The notes beneath the pieces are model-generated. The model worked only from the letters and a program-made list of their open reading frames with translations. It searched no databases and was not told the DNA's origin. DNA of 64,000 nt, from contig NC_134026.1 in assembly GCF_964204645.1 (NCBI RefSeq), positions 27,004,150 through 27,068,149 of the forward strand, written 5' to 3'. Shown one piece after another: positions 13,201 to 64,000 of the stretch; position 1 is the first letter of the stretch; every line of letters starts with the position of its first letter. The position numbers and the translations under genes are program-made. The DNA is from Tubulanus polymorphus (taxonomy: Eukaryota; Animalia; Nemertea).

Positions 13201-15041
13201 AAAAATATCCTGAACTTTCGTCCTGTTTTGATTTAGTCATGAAAAATCCGGAAGAATATTACAGTATTGATGGATCAACTGGTACAGTGATTGCCAAGCA
13301 GCTACGAAAACAGGATAAAATCTCAATCGGAATCAATGGAAAACCGGTAGTACGAAAAAACAAGTTTCAAGAACTTGGAATCAGTGATTTTGAGTGAGTT
13401 TTTTAATACAATGGAATACACATAGTTATTCTAATACCTTGAAAAAACTTGCTTTGAACCCGATTTTAATGGTTAGGTGTTACAGTTCAAACTAGTCAAT
13501 TGTTATACCAGTATTTACACAGCAAAATTTTTTGCCTAAAGCTAATCAATCATGCTGATGATTTTCTGTGAGAAATGGGTTTTGACTAGAAATTCAACTT
13601 TGAAAAGGCTATTGTATCTTGGAAGACACTTAAATCGATTTGCATTTGTTTACGTCCTTTAATTCAAATATATAGTCTCCTTATAACGCACTGCTTAGTA
13701 AATGAGCTTTGAGGAGGGGCTCGGAATACCAAGAGATTAAATTTTTCTTGCAGAGATTTTGACGATGATTTCCTTTTCCGTCCATCAGCATTGAAAATTC
13801 CTTTATGTTGGAACGATCAATTTGAGCACGATGAAGCTTCACCGGTTAAAGTTATAGAACCATCTACTCCAAGAGAACAGAAGAAAAAAGAGGTAATATT
13901 TTCCGTTTAAGCTCCGTATTTTGAGAAATGGTAGTAGGTCTTATCAACATGGCAATTAACATCAAGATTATAATTTTTCCAGAATCTTTGTGAAAGTCAT
14001 CCTGTTGTTTTCAATAAATTAGTGAATGACGGCACAAATACTCAAGTGAAAGCAGCGGTCCAGGCCAAACCACCTCCCGGTGGATTTTCAGTTAAACGTA
14101 GAAACCGGCGTCAGAAAGGTCTCAATGGAAATGATTCTTCTTTAACTGATATAAGTATCGATGATAACAATGAAGATCAGGAAAACGGAAATTTAGAGTA
14201 TGAGCAAATTTTAGAGTATGCAGTTGGACAAACACACAACAGGTCTGTAGGTTGGGAACAGAAATATAAAGATTTAAAAGACATGAAGGGTCACCATAAA
14301 ATGCCGAATTATAGGAAGGAGACTTCAAGTGCTAAGACCATGAAATCAGCAAACTCAGATAAATATGCGGCAGAACCAAAATTTATAGTGAAACCTACAC
14401 CCAGTAGCCCAGCATCGAGCGGAAAACATGAAGACCTACTTATAACTGTACCTGGATCTAGAACTTTTACATCTCCACCCTCGTCATCAAACAAATCAAA
14501 TTCAAAATCATTGAATGGAAAGTTGATTCGGGGACGATCAAACATGGGCAGTACACCACCGAGTATTCGCAATGATTACAATGTTGGAGAAACAAGTTTC
14601 ATTAAAATCAATCATAGTTATAACAAACCTTCCGACGAGGAGATTCACACATCGAGCATCACTGTATTATCTGTGTCTGGAGATGATTATCATGTCAATG
14701 AGAATTTGATTGAATCAGTTGAAGATGATCGCGAGTTCTCTCATTTACCGATTGCTAGGGCTAATAGTCCCGCATCCGTGGATAACGAGGACCTCGATGG
14801 TTCGGTTGCGGCACCTCCCAATACGTACCGTGCGCCGGCGAGTTCGGATGATGAGAAAAATTTCGCCACAAATGAAGAATTATCATCTTCAAAAGATAAT
14901 CGGAAAGAAGTCTCTTTCTCAGATGAAAATAAAGAAATCACCAAAAAGGACGTAACTGACAATGCAACAGAGGCTGATGATGATCAGCATGATTTTGCAA
15001 TTTCTGTTTCCATAAAAACTAAATCTGAACCAGATGAATGA
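10276..15041 (+). CDS. Uncharacterised protein, ~694 aa, 8 coding exons, mostly low-complexity/disordered
   Basis: Exons 10276-10365, 11602-11786, 12060-12136, 12598-12711, 12883-13146, 13237-13393, 13754-13892, 13983-15041 join in frame with GT-AG sites (2085 nt). Start context is aagATGG. Likely 5' UTR exons at about 9583-9683 and 10029-10131. No domain recognised. Confidence 0.85.
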
Positions 15042-15462
15042 TGTCTTCCACTTTCATTATGTAAACTTGATGTATATTAATTATCAATCTACCTGTATAA
15101 GCTCAAGTCACCGCATTGATTAGTTCAGTAGATTAGGTACGTGTACATATCTCCATAGCAATTTGCACTAATAGGCTACTGTATAAAGATCAATCGATCT
15201 AACTTATTTTCATTTCTTTAATATCATGTAGATACAGCTAAATATAATTTTACATAAAAGCAGCATTTGTTTTTGAAACTTACTTTGAATGTAATCGCAT
15301 TGTTCGTTGGACTTGGATGCACATTTGGAATAGATACACTTCTTAAATCTAATAGACATCGCATGGAAACATATTTAATAAGATTAAGTGTAGTTCAATT
15401 GTAGAAAAGATAATTTATTTTCTATGATCTAGTTTATAGATGTAAATAATATATAGATTAAT

Positions 15463-15515
15463 TCTGATATCACAATGTTTCTTCTTTAATTCTCTGATAT
15501 CACAATGTTTCTTCT
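15463..15515. repeat. Tandem duplication (23-bp identical core, 30-bp period) spanning the FBXL12-like stop codon
   Basis: TCTGATATCACAATGTTTCTTCT at 15463-15485 and 15493-15515. Confidence 0.9.
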
Positions 15516-16774
15516 ATATCAACATTAACATATGAATCTAGATATGAAAACAGTTTCTCTCGGATTTCTTTCGTTAGCGAATTCCCTTTTATATTCAAAT
15601 AATTAAGCACTTTAAAGTTTTTGAAATAAACGACAACATTTTCATTTAAACTGATAGAACATTTGGATATATTTAGGCTTTGTAAATGAGACAAACATTG
15701 TAGAATATTGGCTAAACCTAATTCAGTGACTTGTGTACAGTCGGACATATTAAAATGCCTCAATTTGAGATTAAAACGACATATATGATGAATGGATACA
15801 TCGGTAAGACAAGTGCTCGACAATTCAAGCACTTCTAAATTTGGAAAGAGCTCCCAAAGACTGTCATACAATGAACCAGTTAACCGATAGCAACCATTGA
15901 GTTTTAATGAGATTAATTTTGTACGAGTTCCGAGACCTTTTACAAATGCAGCAGTCACAGCTGGTGTGTAACTGAGATCTAAATGAGTAAGTTCAGGTAT
16001 GAAGTTCTCATCGAGCCATGCTTTGTTAAATGGCAAACACGATGATATGATAGTCAATTTTTTCAACTTGATTGGAAAACAAGAAGAATTCACGGACTCA
16101 AGATTAGCATGCGACATACATAGTTCCTGAAGATTAGGGCAACGTTCCTGAAGCTCCTTCAACATAGCATCGCTTAGTGTTGCTTTCTTCCACTTTTTGG
16201 CACCAACTGCAACAAAGTTGAAGGATGAAAATTGAAATGAAATATCTAACGCAAGTGTTGGTTACTTCATGCAACCTCCATATTTACCTTTACTATACAT
16301 AAAGCCTTTCATCTTCAATGACAAAAGACAATCTGAGAAATGAGAACGAACGAATGTCCACAGCTTTGTCAGGTTTAGTGGGTGGTCCATTAAATCGACA
16401 TGTTTCCATAGTTTTTTATCATGAACTATTCGTCTCCATTGGCGACAAACTCTACGATCGAAGCAAAAAGATATTTGAATTCATTGACGACACTACATAG
16501 AACGGACGATTTCAGGCAAGAAGGCACAGTCAAAATAAAGTCATTGACATTTATTTGATTTGAATTGAATAATTTGTGATACTCAAAATAGCAAAATAGT
16601 TTATAAAATCAATATCTGACGAGTATGAGCTGTGACAACTAAATTATCTATAAGGTAATCATTATCAGTTGAATACCTGCATATTCTACAGCGATCCTTA
16701 ATGGGTAAATGCTTAAATATGTCTAAAATAAGGTTTTCTGGCAGATTTTGTATGCAAGCCGGAGCAGCCGCCAT
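15500..16774 (-). CDS. FBXL12: F-box/LRR-repeat protein, FBXL12-like, ~322 aa, 3 coding exons
   Basis: Exons 16677-16774, 16288-16451, 15500-16206. F-box LPENLILDIFKHLPIKDRCRICRVCRQWRRIVHDKKLWKHVDL is followed by LRRs (CPNLQELCM, LKLNGCYRLT, LNISKC). Length and motifs resemble vertebrate FBXL12; exact orthology needs a phylogeny. Confidence 0.85.
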
Positions 16775-16777
16775 TTT
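16767..16777 (-). promoter_or_regulatory. YY1/TISU-like motif AAAATGGCGGC overlapping the F-box gene start codon
   Basis: The minus strand reads TAAAATGGCGGC at the ATG. This motif is typical of housekeeping genes with short 5' UTRs. Confidence 0.45.
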
Positions 16778-17474
16778 ATGATCACATGACAATAAAATGT
16801 ATTCCTTCAAATTCATTCCATATTATTTTCACAAATAGTGGCTAACGTTATATGCAACTGAGCAACAGTCATTTTTAAGAGAATTATATTTCAATAGGCT
16901 GATATCCGAATAATAATAAACTTTTTATCACGGGGATATGTTTACTTAAGAAAGTCAATAAATAATTTAAATTGTATCGCTCTTAGGTTAATGTGGGATT
17001 CGAACCAAAAAATAACGAACACAGAACCAACATCAACCAGAATGTTGACAGTTGTTCATTTGGGTTTAATAAATAAATTTCACTTTAACCATCGTAATTC
17101 TTTCACCAAAAAAATTCTTTTGATTTGTGAATCTGAAGACATTTGCAGAGAGAACTGTGTTGTTTAATAAGTGCAGCGTCCACAGGTAAGATACATTGGC
17201 AGATACAGCAATCTGACCAGGTCACAAAAAAGGCAGCAACAAGAACAAATGAACGAACAGGCTGTCAAAAAGGCAACTGCTGTCAAAAAAAGTTGTCCAT
17301 TTTCTTCAGTGTGAGACTTTTTGTTAGTGAAGTACCAGTGGTAGCCTGCGATTACTGCGGCCTCAATGCAGTAAAACTTCACCTCAAGTAATCCTATGCA
17401 AATATAATTTGTTTCATTTCTAGGGTGATGATGGACGAAAAGGAATTGACGACGTGAGTATCTACGAATTTGAG

Positions 17475-17738
17475 ATGCGAATGGATTGGACCGCTCAGGT
17501 GCTCAGTGATGACGCACTCGTCGTCTTATTCATAAACTATCTATTCTTTTCGATGATCATACTTTTATTCATCAGTTTCGTGATATTGTTAACGCAGACC
17601 AGCACGCACGTCGACACTCATTCCATCCTTTCGTTACTCGTCGTTTGTTTCATGTTGATGAACATTATCATAGCGAATTACCTCGTGTACGCGATGCAGA
17701 TTAGTCGTGATATGAAACGTCTTTACAACCGCCGTTAA
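17475..17738 (+). CDS. Candidate 85-87 aa two-transmembrane microprotein ORF upstream of C9orf72, apparently on the same exon
   Basis: MRMDWTAQVLSDDALVVLFINYLFFSMIILLFISFVILLTQTSTHVDTHSILSLLVVCFMLMNIIIANYLVYAMQISRDMKRLYNRR*. Two hydrophobic stretches of 20 or more residues, a basic C-terminal tail and strong C/G third-position bias. It follows the splice acceptor at 17422-17423. Confidence 0.55.
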   Translation: MRMDWTAQVLSDDALVVLFINYLFFSMIILLFISFVILLTQTSTHVDTHSILSLLVVCFMLMNIIIANYLVYAMQISRDMKRLYNRR

Positions 17739-17765
17739 TGACTCTGCGCGATCACAACAACGAAC

Positions 17766-20170
17766 ATGGAGATCGAGACTTGTACGGGACAGATTTTTCC
17801 GCCCGCCAAACCGATGAAGCTGGAATTTCCGGCGATGAAAAATACCGTTCGCAAAATTACGCCGAATAAAAAGGTCGTCGTCGCCGGTAAAGATGATTCG
17901 AGCGACGTTTCAAAATCCGACGCCGAGATTTTGTCGCTGTTGAGTCCGAGTAGCGTTTTCGATACTTCGAAATTACCCGAATCGATCGAGCAATTGATTC
18001 ACGGAGTCGTCCTCAGTTGCTGGGATAATATCCTCGGGCCGAAAGTTCACCACGTGTGGACGAATGAAAAACTGCACACGTTCAGTCCGTCTGTTTTGTC
18101 GCAGATATCTAGTCATACGTTGAACGGAGAAATTTGCCGAGATTCCACTGATTCAGCGATTGATGCGAAATTCTATCGTATGTCCGATATAGAATTCATA
18201 GTCACCGCATTCATATTCACTGCTAAAATAAATACAGGACTAGCCATACATTCATTGGCTATCATTCTGCCCGAATCTGTAATGCAAAAATATATACCTT
18301 ATCATAATTTGTGCGTGGAGTACATGAAACGACATGTTGCCAAACTAAGGATACTCTTAGCTGTAGTAAGTAGGCCTAATAGATCAGAGATAGCTGTTTG
18401 GCATATTAGTCAAATTACTATAGACAGTACTGGTAATTTTATGTATTTTGTATGAATTTCTTGCAGGATTCTAAAGATGTCGTTTTAAATGATTTCTCAC
18501 TCTACATACATGACCTCGTCGAATTGCTCAATTCTTTACAAGTGGCTGGATTGCCAGTTAGTATAAGTGTAAGTAGTCTCTTGATACCTAATGTATGATA
18601 AATGAATAGAAAAATTCAAGCGTTCGGATTGCCGAGTTCAAACATTAAGTTACTAGAAACTCGATCGAAGATCAATGTTTTACCTAATGAAACCCAGCCA
18701 TGTTTGTTTCTTACAGTCTTCTGATACAGCATTTCATCCAGAACATAGCTTTGAGGACAATTTCTTGAAGAAAGCGATCGCATCTCATCTCATCACCTGT
18801 GGTCATTCAGTCGTCATAGGAAAAGTACCGAGCAGAATAAATCTAGTGAGTATCAGATCTTTTACGGATACTTTACACACATGTAAAGAAGCACTTTTAA
18901 AATTTGATTATTATGTTCTTCAGATGGTGTCAACTCTCGGTTTATTTTTATCTCCAAAAGAACGCCTGTTATCTCGATTTGTGCAAGAGGATCAAGGATG
19001 GAATTATTCCTCGCATCTTGCTGTACAAGGAATGATAATTGTAAATGATGTATACAATCATCCGTGCAACATTTTAAAATGTGAAGATTTGGATTTCTCA
19101 TTATTTTCCACTTGTATCTATAGGCCGACAGTAAGAAGAAAAAGTTATACGTCAGCGAAGTATTAAGTGGCACATATCCAACTACTGTAATTGACATGCC
19201 AAAGCGTGAAGTTTCTCTAATGCCTCCATGTCATGAACATAATGTACGCAGGTACGAGATGTTGAGAAATGAACTCACTTGTTTATGGTTGCAACAGAAA
19301 GAGCCCGCTAGTGGAATCTATCCTACCAGGTAATTACAACTCGAGATCGATTATTTCTGTTTTGATCCATTTGATCGAAAATTCATTCTAATTGGCATAT
19401 TGAACGCTGCAGACTTTTCTCGCAAAGGATTGTTATGAAAGGGTAATTATTGATACATCGCTGTGCATTTTTTACCCAGAAATATTTGTTGTGACATTTT
19501 GATTTTATCATGGCACCGCATGCAGATGTAATAGAAATTATGTACTTGAAGTTTTTATAAGCTTTAGATTTTATTAATCTAGATGAATTTTTAAACAGCT
19601 GATGTTGTTGGCTTTCCATGTGTTTGCTCAGATTTAAAGTTCAAACTATGAATTCTGATGTTATTTTCAGTACAATATTTCAACCTGCAGATTTCAAAGA
19701 AACGCTAGTCAGTAACTTTTATGATGAAGTAAGTGAGGAGCTGTTTTCACTGAAGCTCATATATTTCAATTGAATTACATTTGCATAACATTTTTCTCAT
19801 GTTTCATCTTTAGTTGCAGCCCCTTCAACCATGCTGTGGTATGATAGAAGAGTATGTGGAACAATTTACTAAACAGTTGGATAGGAAAGCATTGGCCCTG
19901 ATAAAATTTGCTGAATCAGAAACGTAACTGTTTTATGCGATTTAATGATATTGATTTGTGCAGTTATCTCAAAGCAATGATATTGACTATGATTTCTCGT
20001 TTTGCAGCCAAGAAGGCCGATATCCCTTCAAAACCAACACCAAGAAATTGCGTCAGTATCTGTGTTTACCTGAAGAGGGAGATTTCCGAATTGTTTTGGC
20101 AACAGCAGAAAAACTAAAACCTGGCATGCATTCTGTGATATTTGGAGATCCAAGTGCCAACTGGACATAG
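17766..20170 (+). CDS. C9orf72: C9orf72 orthologue (longin/DENN-fold subunit of the C9orf72-SMCR8-WDR41 complex), ~494 aa, 8 coding exons
   Basis: Exons 17766-18365, 18467-18568, 18717-18845, 18924-19040, 19124-19329, 19671-19728, 19814-19923, 20008-20170. Motifs WDNILGPKVHHVW, HTLNGEI, AIDAKFY, AIASHLITCGHSVVIG, YPTTVID...MPPCHEH and AEKLKPGMHSVIFG match C9orf72. The exact start ATG is uncertain. A probable non-coding first exon ends at 17185 (cag|gtaag). AATAAA at about 20715. Confidence 0.95.
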
Positions 20171-23100
20171 GAATTCCTTGTTTTAAGTTAATTTGATTTA
20201 ATCTCTGTCTGAATTATCCTGGTTATTACGGTATTCATTAAATATGTAGAGGATTGGAATACAACCAGATGTCTCGCATATGTAAATTATAACGTCTTGA
20301 TTGTGGTAGTGTAATCTGGTTAGTTTTTCCTGAATTTCTTAGATTTCGTCAAATAACTTCGTTCTCACTGACAAATAACAAATATTAAGGAAAATCATGA
20401 ATATTGGATATCATTTTCACAAGGAAAACTTAGTGGTCTTGATTTTCTATGATGTACACTTGTATAGACATTTAAAGCATGTTGTTTATGATGGTACGTA
20501 TGAGATACTTTATTACGTATGTTGTTGAATTGTACTGGTATTATTGCATACAGTCTTGCCACCAAATGAACATCAACTAGTAGCAAATTTATTTGTCATT
20601 TTGATGTTGAATGTTTTTGGATGGATTACTCCTAAACGTTTGTAAAACAAAATGCATGTATGAACAATTTGTTGATATGAATAATACCAGATATCTTTTC
20701 CTGAGATACTCTCGAATAAATTACGATTTTTTCTAAATAACATTGTTAGTCTTTGTGATTTTTGCTTAACTCTTTTGTTAATGAAGGTAATGCGATAATG
20801 CATCTCCCTATCTACAAGCATGAATCTATATAGTTTCTGAACCTATATATGGTAGTTTCTGCATGGTCTGCTGTGATGGTAGTTCTATGGTTGGAGTGTG
20901 GTTAATAATGTGTGGATAATCTTGACATAGATACAAGTCCGAGTTCTGAAAGAACAAGATTACCATCCATCTTTACTTTTTATTCCAACTGAATTTTCAC
21001 AATGTTATTTCTTATAGATGGTGGTGCAACTCATTTTTCCAATTTCTGTGAAATAATTTCTCCGATTCCTTTGGCCAAAAAATGGATACACAAAGACACT
21101 TGATATGGTGATTTATTAATGTTTTTATTCTGTCCAATAATGGCAGGAACTAGACTGGCTTCTACATTTTTACAGTGCTGTACAATAAATTCGAAATTAT
21201 ATATTGCTGCTGAACACATCAAAGAATGCAATGTAACAAATAACAGGATACATAAACATCAAAATAAGCCAGACTTTTATCATCAAAGTCACAAAAAATA
21301 TTAAGTTACTACTGATATTGTGAAAAAGTGTATGAAATATCTTATTTGTTTTACAAATAATAATCAATGGCAAAGACACACTTCTGGTGCACCTGATACT
21401 CAAGTCAGACATAATCAAATGAAAAGTTTGACTAATGAAATTACATGCATGCTGTTTTCCTCCAATTCAACAATCAACTTAATAGCCAGCAATGTGAAAT
21501 TAAATGCAGAAAATGGTGCATTATTGCATAGGATCTGCCAGTCACATTTAATGTATACAAGTATAAATAAGAGAATATTCAATTTATTTATTGCGTATTG
21601 AAATGATACATACTTCAAAGTGCTAAATATTCACTTGATTATTTACAATCAATACATGCAGATTATCTAATAAAAATGTCAGCATATCAGCATATCATAC
21701 ATCCCTTTTTGGGTTTTTAAATATTGCTCTTCAATATATTTCTATGCAAATATGCATGTTTTCATTAGAATCGTTCATCAATAAATAAAATCTATTCAGC
21801 TCAGTATCTTAAAGTCACCACCACAATTTCAGTCTTTAGAAACATTTGTTGCATGTAGATTTGAAATCTATGAAGAATATTGATGCCTGATACTTCAAAT
21901 GCCCCCTTCATCTCTCTTCTAAGCACCAAAAAAGATAATCCAATTGATAAAAAACTGCTACTTCTGAACTGATAAGGACATATATCAACAATTTCCTTAG
22001 TTTTATACATAAGACATACATATACAATATATACATAAGCAGCACTTCGAACTCATCTGAGGTCTTGAGTAATTTCATCGATTTTCAATATCTCAACACC
22101 ACCAGAAATTCTGATTCTTCTACAAAGGTTTTGAAAACAGTTAGAATCTTCATTTTTCTAAATATTTAAATGAGATTTGGCACTTTTCATTCATAATGGC
22201 CATTGCAATTCAAATTACACCAAATAAGGACAATTAATGTATGAATGTGCAAATGAGAACAATAACTTGACTTTTCATCCTATTAGCAATTTAATAAATT
22301 ACAAATGGAAGACCATAATTATCAACTCCTTTCTCAAATACTGAAATATTCACATATACAGCAGTAGAATATCTCAAAAGAAATAAACTGACAAAGATAA
22401 TTCATATAAATGTAAATCAGCAAAATTCTATCAAAGCCAGTCCTTCTAAAAGCTTGTCATAAGATGTATTATTTTAGTATGAAAATGACAAAAATTGTTA
22501 CAAATATAATATAACACTTCAGAAAAACACCTAAATTTACCTGTGATTTTCAAACTAAAGCAAATTATCAAAAAACTGGTGATAATAGGACATAAGCTGA
22601 ACAAACTGAAAAGATACATCAGTGTCCTTTAAAGCTTATATCTAGCACATATAAACCAATCCCCAGCTTTTTACATGGACACTACTGAAAGCTTTATATA
22701 GCCATATAGTTACTTGTTATATTTCATCTTTGAAATAGTGAATTAGAAATTAATAAGTCAAATTTGGGATATTATGTACATTTACCATAGATACAGCCTT
22801 ATTCTATTCAAGCTACAGTGATTGTCATTTGAGAAGGATTGTCTAATAGATGTACTGCAATAGGTGTATTCTAATCATATTGAATGAATAACTTTTTAAT
22901 GGATATACAAATACAAACTCTAGTTCACATGTCCATGATTATTATAAGCATCATGTAGGCTAACTACGATTCAAACTGATGTCTGTTTATTAATGTGTAC
23001 ATGTAGCCATGATTCTAATGAAAAATGAAGTATTCTTTGAGATGCATCAGCCGTATTAGGAAATGAAAGTGTCTATACAACCGTATATTCATATACTATT

Positions 23101-23658
23101 TAGTCTATGATGTAGGCTTACCTTTGCATAGACATTAAATTAGACAAGTACTAATGATATAATGTACAAATCGAAATAAAGAAAAAATACATGTAAGCCT
23201 GATTATAATGCTTGTGCCTCTAATTGAAGGTGGGTCACTATCGCACATCAAATTCAGCGCCAATTAAAAAGCAAAATTATTCTAATACATAACATATATG
23301 TTTATAAATTAAGAGATACATATCTTTTTACCAATATTTTCTTTATTTGCATAATAATTATTTGTTAAATATCTGCTAATATCACAAATATTCATCCTAT
23401 AGAAAACAAAGAACATTTCGATGATTATTACTATGAATGTAACTAATCAACATTTTGAATTCTTTTATCAGGCATTGCTCTAGCTCAAGAGTTCATGTAC
23501 TTTTGTCAGCAGAAAACTGATATACTTGTTTTTCCGATAGTGTTAACATTGAGTTGGATCAATCAGTATTTCAGTCCTGAGTTAGGGCATGCATCTGAAC
23601 CTTGTCCATATTTCTATCAACAGTATTAGAACACACTTTTGAGATTCAATCATTCATC
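20171..23658. other. Convergent 3' UTR region of C9orf72 (+) and ROR (-)
   Basis: AT-rich and CpG-poor, with no credible ORF. Plus-strand AATAAA at about 20715. Several minus-strand AATAAA (about 23342, 22986, 21583, 21112) would allow a ROR 3' UTR of up to about 2.5 kb. Confidence 0.55.
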
Positions 23659-63522
<39,864 letters not shown>

Positions 63523-64000
63523 GTTTCTTGTAATTATCAATTATAAAGTTTTTTCCAACATCGGTATCTCGTTCTTTCAGTCAACTATATCCCTGGGACA
63601 TTCAACTGTAACTTATCCAAAACTCGTCAATTTTCCCTCCGCGAAGGTGCGTCTGCATTGTGGAGCTGATCTCAGCCCAATAACCAGCCATGGATATCCA
63701 CACGAGAAAGTGTGAAATTAATAGGGAGACATCTAGAGACAAAACTGCGAACTACGACTGAATAGCACACACTCACAGTAAGTCAGCAATTGATGATTAA
63801 CTGAGTGGACAATGAATGAAAGGTGGATATACTGATTAATACAATTCCTATAGTCTCCTTTCATTTAAGACAATCAAACATAAAATTAATTTCACGCATA
63901 CAATGAAATGCTTTTTCAGTATTTATTTCATGAATAACAAAACAAAAACAAACATTTAATTCACGATTTGACAATATTTTCTCATCGATAAAATTGTTTT

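Noticed and set aside
13147-13236. Stop-free, in-frame introns (13147-13236, 90 nt; also 18846-18923, 78 nt) as coding sequence
   Set aside because: They have typical intron size, composition and GT-AG ends, and the C9orf72 alignment does not need the insert. A few such cases are expected among about 45 short introns.
14122-14962. Antisense and alternative-frame ORFs over the large exon of the uncharacterised gene
   Set aside because: Shadow ORFs of a real low-complexity coding exon.
16990-17060. Possible tRNA gene around the B-box
   Set aside because: No cloverleaf, and a T6 terminator lies between the weak A-box-like sequence and the B-box.
17000-17766. GGGGCC-type repeat in the C9orf72 5' region
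   Set aside because: No such repeat is present.

Overview
Eukaryotic genomic DNA from an AT-rich animal genome with very short introns (mostly 70-100 nt). The gene content suggests a slow-evolving non-ecdysozoan invertebrate, probably a lophotrochozoan (inference). I reconstructed five spliced genes by hand from GT-AG sites and frame continuity. (1) MAP3K1/MEKK1, minus strand, 923-8820, 19 coding exons, about 1252 aa, SWIM-PHD/RING-helical repeat-kinase. (2) An uncharacterised, largely disordered protein of about 694 aa, plus strand, 10276-15041, head-to-head with MAP3K1. (3) An FBXL12-like F-box/LRR gene, minus strand, 15500-16774. (4) A C9orf72 orthologue, plus strand, 17766-20170, head-to-head with the F-box gene. 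(5) A ROR receptor tyrosine kinase, minus strand, 23659-63522. The apparently empty 33-63 kb region is best explained as the 31.3-kb first intron of ROR, whose signal-peptide exon lies at 63471-63522; a second candidate first exon and promoter lies at about 32.6-32.9 kb. The most striking unexplained feature is a coding-like ORF of 85-87 aa with two predicted transmembrane helices. It appears to share an exon with C9orf72 and ends 27 nt upstream of its start codon, flanked by further uORFs including a TAATG stop-start overlap, which suggests a bicistronic or re-initiation arrangement. I found no rRNA, tRNA, CRISPR array or intact transposon. All gene models are unverified by transcript data.
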